Origin: Octopus vulgaris
Lineage: Eukaryota
DNA length: 64,000 bases
Reading direction: 5' to 3'
NCBI GenBank assembly: GCA_951406725.2
Contig: OX597821.1
Coordinates: 44,826,001-44,890,000, forward strand
Shown: positions 55,816 to 64,000 of the stretch, piece after piece
Layout: the number at the start of each line of letters is the position of its first letter
Position numbering within the stretch: the first letter of the stretch is position 1
Position numbers and translations under genes: made by a program
Notes under the pieces: model-generated
Database searches by the model: none
Told to the model about the DNA's origin: nothing
What the model saw: the letters and a program-made list of their open reading frames with translations, nothing else

Positions 55816-56924
55816 ATATATATATATCATCATCATCATCATCATTTCACATCCATTGTCCATGCTGGCAATGGGTTGGATGGTTTGACTGGGCTGGCAT
55901 GCTGGAAGGGTGCACCAGACTCCAGTTTGATTTGGCATGGTTTTCTATGGCTGGATGCCCTTCCTAATGCCAACCATTTCAAGAGCGTAATGGGTGCTTT
56001 TATGTGCTACTGGCATGCATGCCAATTTGCATGCCATCAGTATCTGCCATGACTGTGATTTTACTCAGCGTGATGGGTCTTCTTCTCAAGCATGACATAA
56101 TGCCAATGGTTTAGTCATTGCTTCCGGGAGGCCCAACACTCAAAGGACACTTGGTCACTTTGCCTTCATGAGGTCCAATGCTCGGAAAGAACTCAGCAAG
56201 TTTGCTTTCGTGAGGCCCAATGAGAGGAACTCAGCCACTTTGCCTCTGTGAGGCCCAACACTGTATATATGTTATGGGAAAGGTGTAGCAAAAGATGTTG
56301 AGGTAGTAGAGGATGGCATCAAAGTAAAACAATGGGAAAGCATCGGATTGTGGTTTAGATAATTTTTTTAATCGACACTTGCATTTACTTGTATGCACCA
56401 AAAGTTTCACTACATGATATTACCAACTTGCTTTGAGTTGGCAAAGCAGAAAACAAACAAGAGAACTACTGCATCGTTGTGATGAGGCAGAACTGGACAT
56501 CTTTTCTGTCTGTGTGTACATTGGTCATTGGGTGGTGTCTGTTTATGTTCTGCAACTGCTACTGTGTTGGGTCATTCATGCTGAATATGTGGTTCTATGT
56601 TGGCTGCTTGACTGGCTATCTCCTGGTGATGGCTATCTGCCTCTGTCATATGTCCGACTATATTTATAATGGTCATGACAGCTAGAAGGATAGACATACC
56701 ACAGGAGTAATTTCTACTTATGTAGGTCAACTCCTGTCCACTTGAACCTTAAATGACACAGCTCAGGTCGTATGGAAATCCATCCATCATTTTTTGACAG
56801 GACAAAGAAATTTCTTTGTGCCTGTTCGGCCAGTGGTGAATCAGACAAGCAAGAATCCTTAGATTCGGTTTTGAACCTCAGCTCAGAAAAAGGAAGTGTT
56901 AGTTTTTACACATATATATATATA

Positions 56925-57563
56925 TACAAAATAAGGAAATGGAGAAGTACATCTTAATCAATAATCAACTAATTTAACTATTTAATTTTCAATTAAATAT
57001 GAAAATCAGAGGTGGTACATTTTCATATTTAATTTAGTTTGTTCTTCATAATCTCTGAAGAGGCCTTGGGATATTTTTGTAAGTGTCTCATTTATAACTA
57101 CTTATTAACCTATCACACATGGCTAATATGAGCATAATGAGGCACCCATATCTGCATGGCTGAAACAGCTGTAAGATGTAGTTTATATTTATATTTGTAT
57201 TTATTTATATTCACTTATACATACTGTACTTATTGTATCTTATTACTCATTGATGTACATTGTTTTGTTCTATATTATTATTGTGTTTGACCTTAATGTT
57301 CTTATGTAGTGGTTTAATAAATCATGTGATTGGGTATTATCTGGTAGCTGATTATTGATTAAGATGTATTTCTCTAGTTCCTTATGTTGTATTATTAATT
57401 TGTGGTAAAACATTTTACCTTTGCCCATATAATACAGTGAATGAATTAATTGCATCGCAATTCCTAACATTTATGTATTAACTTTGTTGGGTGCTTTACT
57501 AGCAGTATATTGGATACATGTTATCCCATGGTGGGTTGCACTCACAACCCCTATCTCAATTTG

Positions 57564-57570
<7 letters not shown>
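56925..57570 (+). mobile_element. Fold-back PLE-like element in (TA)n with hammerhead
   Basis: 56925-56971 is an inverted copy of 57345-57392; junction hairpin at 56991-57034; HHR at 57051-57177; unpaired tail to 57570; (TA)n flanks. Confidence 0.7.
57051..57177 (+). ncRNA. Type I hammerhead motif with ~95-nt stem II insert and intact core
   Basis: atct-CTGAAGA-ggcc...ggct-GAAA-CAGCTG-TA-agat. Confidence 0.75.
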
Positions 57571-57600
<30 letters not shown>

Positions 57601-57717
57601 GAGTGTAAGTCGTCTAAAAAGTCCGTAAGTCAGGAAAATGATGCAATAGAGTGGGTATGTTATCCGAAGTGTACAGTATTATATATCCATCACGCTGATC
57701 AGCCATTGATAATCGCA

Positions 57718-58035
57718 CCAGTAAGCAACTGGTACTTAATTTATCGACTCCGAAAGAATGAAAGGCAAAGTCGAACTCAGAACGTAATGACAGACGAAAT
57801 ACCTATTTCTTTACTACCCACAAGGGACTAAACACAGAGAGGACAAATAAGGACAGACAAACAGATTAAGTCGATTATATCGACCCCAGTGCGTAACTGG
57901 TACTTAATTTATCGACCTCGTAAGGATGAAAGGCAAAGTCGACCTCAGCGGAATTTGAACTCAGAACATAGCGGCAGACGAAATACGGCTACGCATTTCG
58001 TCCGGCGTGCTAACGTTTCTTCCAGCTCGCCACCT
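57718..58035 (-). mobile_element. SINE S2 with partial tandem duplication, CpGs retained
   Basis: Reverse complement of 41701-41935 plus an extra internal segment at 57718-57800. Confidence 0.8.
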
Positions 58036-58746
58036 TACAATGTTGATAATAATACATTGTACTTTTTGAACCGTAAGCAGGTGTAACGAAAGTTTTGAAA
58101 GGCGCGAAACAAATAACTATACCTGCTGGAAATAACAGTCAAATATTCCTGAAGCCACACCTTATCGTTTAATGAAATTACATAATGGACAGTGTTGCCC
58201 GGGGTAGTCTATTTCAGAAGAAAGGATGGTAGGGTCATAAGATGGATAGGCCTTTTAACAGGCCTAATTGGTCTATTGAAACAATTCTGTGCACATCCCC
58301 ATGACAAAGAAATAACGTATTTCACTCAGAAACAAATATTTGGTGTTTGTTTGGAAATATTTTATCTAATAATCCTACACAGACTTCTCGACCTAGTTAT
58401 GTGAACTTAGGATACGTTATTTATTCATGCGCAATAGTTTTATATTACTTTCCTTTTAGATAATTACCACAGACCTCCTTATCTAAAGAATATTATAGTA
58501 TTAATTGTTGCTCCACTTTGGTGTCTATATTGTACTTTTTCTCTCTCATCATATTTGATAGGAAATATGATAAAGAAGACATTATTTTTATAAAAAAAAC
58601 ATCTTTCTTAATTAAATATTTGTCCTTGAATAAATGGCTTTGTTGAACATGTTTATATTTTTAAATATCTATCTATACATTCATTATGTATGCATAAGCT
58701 TTTGTACATACATATGAATATACTTAACAAATGTAATATATGAGTG

Positions 58747-58926
58747 TGTGTCGTTTGTAAAAAAACATAAATCCGAAAGGAGCATACTCTTAGATATAGA
58801 ATAGTGTATACTAAAAATGGGGAAGGCCGGTTTATGGGATTACCGTAGGTTCCTCGTCCATAAAGGTTCTTTATGGACGAGGAACCTAAGGTAATTCCAT
58901 AAACCGGCCTTCTCCATTATATATAT
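58747..58926. mobile_element. Short fold-back insertion with 11-bp TSD
   Basis: Palindrome 58816-58918; unpaired extension 58747-58815; ATATATGAGTG at 58736-58746 and 58927-58937. Confidence 0.65.
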
Positions 58927-60136
58927 ATATATGAGTGCGATAGTCGGCGTGAAACCGTCGGTAGCAATCTAACCAGCTATTTGCCATGACAAGTAATATT
59001 CTGTTGGACAATGTGTGCGTGTGTAATCAATTTACAATAACGATAGAAAATGACAAAGAAATAAAGTACAAGAGAGACAAAGAAATTGTATGACAGCAAT
59101 TTCGGAAGCTTGTTGCATTTTGCTGTGTAGTCCTTAATCTGCCCCTATCGAGCTACAAGTTGCACAAAAGTAATCAGTTCAACATCATAGATGTGAATCA
59201 CTGATCCCTTTTATACAACAGCTTACTCTATAGCTATAGCTGTCAACCAAGGCCCTGTTCGAATCGTGGGAGTTCAAACTTACAACTATAAGATTTTGTA
59301 AACTTTTATTAATTTAATTTTGCCAGTTGGGGTATTTCAAGTGTTTAACTTCCATTTAATTTATTAATTTCATTTATTTCGTTTACATAATATCAACATG
59401 TTTCTTTTTTTTTTTTGCGTTGTAGTTGATTTGCTTGAGGAAGAGGTGCAGTTAGTACCCTGACAATTGATCGATATTGGTGTTTCAACATCATTAGCTG
59501 GAGGTCTGCGGGTTCCATGGGACGGCAGTTCCTAAGGTAAATAATAGAGAGCAAAAGTGTTCAGCGTAAAGTGTAGAGGGATGATGCTTTTATATAGTAT
59601 TACAGTATGGCTTATTAAGGGAAGCGAAAGAACTAATTATGATGAATGGCTTTCAGGACCATGATATTCTGTTCATGTGTCTCTAACGACATTATTTAGT
59701 GTATAGTTTCTTTGAAAGGCAATAGGGTGTAGTATGAATATGATACAGCTATTTTCGGCAGCTTCACTCACTAAATACAAGAAGCAACTTGCCTGATGTT
59801 GAGCAGAGGAGGATCAGAAAAAGAATTAAGGGAGCGTAGGATTTCTTTAATGGAGCAGTATATATAGAGGTGGACAATAACAATTTAGTCAAAAAGACAT
59901 ACACATTCTCTCCTTAATTAACAGCAGGGACGACTCTTAATAAACTATAAAGGTAACCCCAAACATTCCATACCATTTCCGCGGGTGAGAGTAAGGCTGA
60001 GGCAGTGGAATAGGTAGCTAAAGTACCCCTTTACCAGCATCATTTAATAAACATGTCATCAGCGGAGCCCGTAAAACAGAACGAAATTAGCTGCGAGGGT
60101 CAATTTAATTATTGCTTATGAGATATTATCATTAGA

Positions 60137-60473
60137 CTAGCAGTATCGCCCGGCGTTGCTCGGGTTTGTTTCGACCCGCTGGAATTGGAATTTTTGAAAA
60201 GTAAAAATTTTGCATTATGTAGCTTGTTTATTCTCTTCAAGTGAACATTTTCCTGGTTGAAATACACCGAAAAGTGGCGACACAGCAGTGAAAAAATCGT
60301 AAAAAAAAATAGGGATTTTCATAAAAAAAAAAAAAAGCACCTTTTTGATGTAAATAATTTTTGGGTGTTAACATGGTCCGATTTGAATTTTTATCTTCTA
60401 CGGAAGGAAGAGCAACCCTTCTATCTATCATATGGGAACAGGCAGAGGAAATCTGCCTTTTATCATAAAGAGA
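60137..60473 (-). mobile_element. Internally deleted non-autonomous Helitron (same family as 9544-10350)
   Basis: First ~40 bp of the 9544 copy joined to its last ~260 bp; A|TC...CTAG|T termini intact. Confidence 0.75.
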
Positions 60474-60544
60474 TGTGAAAAAGAAGATAAACAAAAAGAA
60501 AGAAAGAAAGAAAGAAAGAAAGCATATATGCAAAACTGAAAGCG

Positions 60545-60726
60545 AAGTATTACGAAGTGTTCCGAACTCTGACGGAAACCTTTCCGATGACGTCGTGAGT
60601 CTATTGTGCGTGTGTATGTGTGAGACTACAGCAGCGGTGTCTAATCATTAGCTCTGTCCTTTCTTCTTCTCTACCAAAAAACAAGGAAAAACAAACAACA
60701 ACAAAGACAGAACTTCTCAGACAAAT
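60545..60726 (+). promoter_or_regulatory. Candidate promoter / 5' UTR
   Basis: CpG-rich unique sequence with CRE-like TGACGTCG and Ets-like CGGAAA/TTCCG motifs directly upstream of an ATG-to-donor exon. Confidence 0.4.
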
Positions 60727-60807
60727 ATGACTATCTATAAATTCCAGCCGATAGGCAAAAAGCCTAAAGCAGACGAAGAACAGCCTGATATTCTGAATGA
60801 GTCGTTG
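60727..60807 (+). CDS. Candidate first coding exon of an unidentified host gene (MTIYKFQPIGKKPKADEEQPDILNESL)
   Basis: AAT-ATG (A at -3), 27 open codons of non-repetitive sequence, then a consensus donor TTG|GTAAGT in phase 0. Confidence 0.5.
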
Positions 60808-61040
60808 GTAAGTCAAGATTTAATTTTTGGTCGATTGAAAAATAAGCAATGTACAACATAGAGACAACATGGAGATGCTTTGCTGCTGTTGTTGTTTATA
60901 GAGAAGCTTTCTGTTTTGGTTTAATTCACCAATGGCGTTTATATTTGACCTCATTTAACAGCACGTATATAAAACCATTTAGTTTCCTTTAAATATATCT
61001 ATATATATATATATATAACGTAAGCCTCAACGAGTGTGAG

Positions 61041-61071
<31 letters not shown>

Positions 61072-61390
61072 CACACACAGATGTGTGTGTGTGTATAATG
61101 TTGAATAGAATGAGACAACAAAGCCAAGGCAGTGTTGAATTTCTAGGACATTTATAAAATGTGTGTGTGTGTGTGTATTATGCATATATATATATATATA
61201 TGACTATATGATAAGACGGAGAGAGATGTATATTTAGTAGTCTTTTTTTCTTCCCAGCATCCATGTTATATTTGCACCATCAATATTTGTTTTCATATAT
61301 TATGTAAACAGTTCCACACTAAACGAGCATCACGCCTCCCTCTAGCTTGCTCCTCTCGTCTCTGTCTCTATACACACACACACACACACA

Positions 61391-61438
<48 letters not shown>

Positions 61439-61445
61439 GTGTGTA

Positions 61446-61512
<67 letters not shown>

Positions 61513-61892
61513 TCATTCATGTTCTTCCCATGCATGCTATTTATTATCAGGGAAAAACAAATGGCAGTAACAACACAAAACAGTAGACATCAATAATCTA
61601 CATCTAAAATTATTACCGCATCAATTCTTTAAGTATTTTACATATTATATTATCAAATTACATATTATATTCTTATATTCTCAAATTACATATTATATTC
61701 ATATTCTTATATTCACAAATTACATATTATATATATTCTTATATTCTCAAATCCTTCCGCCTTCAGTTTTTTTTCTTCGAATTCTAAATGTAGCCTTTTT
61801 TTTTTATAATTTTTATTTTCTTTTTGCTTCCGTCAAATCTGTGTTAGCTATTGAAAATGACATTTTCATAATTACCCTGCCTGCTGTGTGCC

Positions 61893-61922
<30 letters not shown>

Positions 61923-61933
<11 letters not shown>

Positions 61934-62030
61934 ATGTGTATATGTATAAAATGTATGTGTATATGTATAAAATGTATGTGTATATGTATAAAATGTATGT
62001 GTATATGTATAAAATGTATGTGTATATATA
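61923..62030. repeat. 21-bp minisatellite x5 within (TA)n
   Basis: TATAAAATGTATGTGTATATG repeated. Confidence 0.85.
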
Positions 62031-62334
62031 TATATATATATATATAATGTATGTGTATATTGCGTTGTTTTTAAATGTCTGGAACTAACAAGCCTGCATT
62101 TTTGTATTTCGTTTGCATTTTGTTGTCTGTCTGGTAAATAATATCTCGGTCTCTTTAGTTTCTTTTTCTTTTTTTCTTTCTTTTTTTTTTTTTTTTTGTC
62201 AATGGCATTCTATAGGTTTTATGTTAAAATACTAATGTACCTAATTATTTAAGTAAGAATTGGCTCAACTGTTGCTATATTATGTTTCCATGAAGTGACC
62301 AGCCATTTTCCTGAAATCATTTCAATGATAAATA

Positions 62335-62915
62335 ATCCTTTACTATAGGCACAAGGCCTGATTTTTTTTTTTTTTTTTTTTTCATGGGAGGGGACTAGTC
62401 GATTGCATCGACCCCGATGTTCAACTGGTACTTATTTCGATCGACCCCGAAAGGATGAAAGGGCAAAATGGGCCTCAGCGGGAATCGAACCCAGAACATA
62501 AAGAGTCAGAAATACTGCAAAGCTTTTAGTCTGACACTAGTGATTCTGTCTATTCATTGCCCTAATAATCCTTCCTACTATAGGCACAAGGCCTGAAATT
62601 AGTGGGGGGGGGACAGTCGATTGCATCGATTCCAGTGCTTAACTGGTACTTATTTTATCGACCCTGAAAAGATGAAAGGCAATAAATATTGATAATTGCT
62701 TCAAATTTGAGCACGAGACCAGCAATTTTGTTTTATTGATCTCGAAAGGATGAAAGGCAAAGTCGACCTCGATGGAATTTGAACTCAGAATGCAAATCCG
62801 GAAGAAATGCCGCTAAGCGTTTTTGTCCAACGCGCTAACGATTCTGCCAATAGTAATAAGTTATGGGACAACGCCTTCAATTTATGGAGACGGGTCGTCG
62901 ATTAGATCGACCCCC
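62335..62915 (-). repeat. Cluster of 3-4 S2 SINE copies
   Basis: Same units as 34105-36365, in the same orientation, with CpGs largely retained. Confidence 0.75.
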
Positions 62916-62962
62916 AAAGAACTTTAGCTATAGTAACTTTGATTCTGTGCACACATACACAC

Positions 62963-63000
<38 letters not shown>

Positions 63001-64000
63001 GTATATATGTATGTATGTATATAAACGATATTATGAAATATTCCAATATTGCAATCCTCTTTTTATAGAACAGTGCTGGTTGTGATTTTCGTTGAAAAGT
63101 TGATCGTGACGGTTTTTGTAAAGAATCTATATTTAAGTTATAATATATAGCTTGTGTGTATATATATATATACATCCTGTTTTATTCTACTCTCGTGTGC
63201 GTGTGTGACTGGCGTATTATAGTGAGCTGTGCGTTATATAAATGAGCTTGGTGTTTTGACAGTCAAGACTGAAGGAGAAAGCTGATATAAATGCTGATAG
63301 TAATGTTTTGCTAATTCAAAGATGTCAAATTTTCTGTTTAGTTTATTTCAATAAACAGTATTTCGCTTTTTAGCAAGTCTCAATTAGATACTGCAGTGTA
63401 CATTAAACAGCCAAAACAAATACGCATTGCTCCTAATGTATTGCTAATTATATAATAATATTATTAGTAATTAAACCCGTCTGGTCACAGGATTGTTTCA
63501 TAAAAATATTTTGTAACTAAGAAAACAATGTCTTCTTTGTATTCCCTCTCAAGATTATTTCATATTTACATACATAGAGAGAGGTTAGTGTTTTACTTTA
63601 TTGCCGTTTTTACGTGAATGAGTTATATTTTATATTATTGTGAGATTAGTGAAATCAATACTAGCAGCCATCAAAACATCCTCTACCATTATATATTCTC
63701 TACTTTTAAATAGTTCCATCGTTCTGTATTCTACCACTGGACACTATTTTATCAGTCTATATATATATCACATCCTCTCTCTCTATCTCTCTCTACATTT
63801 AAACAGTTCCGTCATTCTGTTTTATTATTGGACATTATTCTATCAGTCTGTATAACTGGCCTGTCGTTGTTTATGATACAGAAATCTACTCCAGTATTTT
63901 AGAAATGATCATTTAGCTTTAGATATCGGTGAATCTATTTTTCGTAATTCATTATTTCTATACATTGTTTCCTTGTTGCCAATTTTACATTTATTATTTT

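Noticed and set aside
56690-56900. Possible minus-strand coding exon
   Set aside because: The best frame hits a stop before the donor-like site, the acceptor is weak and the peptide is not recognisable.
63695-63855. ~95-bp diverged tandem duplication, and 28-bp repeats at 61640-61750
   Set aside because: Ordinary local tandem duplications with no further structure.

Overview
AT-rich eukaryotic DNA, dense in microsatellites and mobile elements, with no complete protein-coding gene. The SINE, LINE and microsatellite repertoire resembles an octopus (coleoid cephalopod) genome; this is an inference from repeat families I recall, not a database result. Nearly all listed ORFs are microsatellite artefacts or decayed transposon ORFs: R4/Dong-like RT+REL LINEs, RTE, Tx1/L1-like, Tc1 and mariner. 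There are also non-autonomous Helitrons, hAT/piggyBac/pogo-type MITEs and several tRNA-derived SINE families. The main hidden signal is a set of about 10 short fold-back insertions with unrelated sequences, mostly sitting in (TA)n tracts. Many carry minimal type I hammerhead ribozyme (HHR) motifs: CTGANGA-stem II-GAAA-short palindromic stem III-NUH, including U3:A8 and A6U core variants. They share an asymmetric layout of one long arm with an unpaired tail plus a shorter inverted copy, and two have 11-12 bp target-site duplications. One HHR lies downstream of a decayed GIY-YIG endonuclease frame (13901-14113, minus strand) that the ORF track misses, which ties these elements to Penelope-like retroelements (PLEs). 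A CpG-retaining zone at about 57.6-63.3 kb contains a plausible promoter and first coding exon (60727-60807) of an unidentified host gene.
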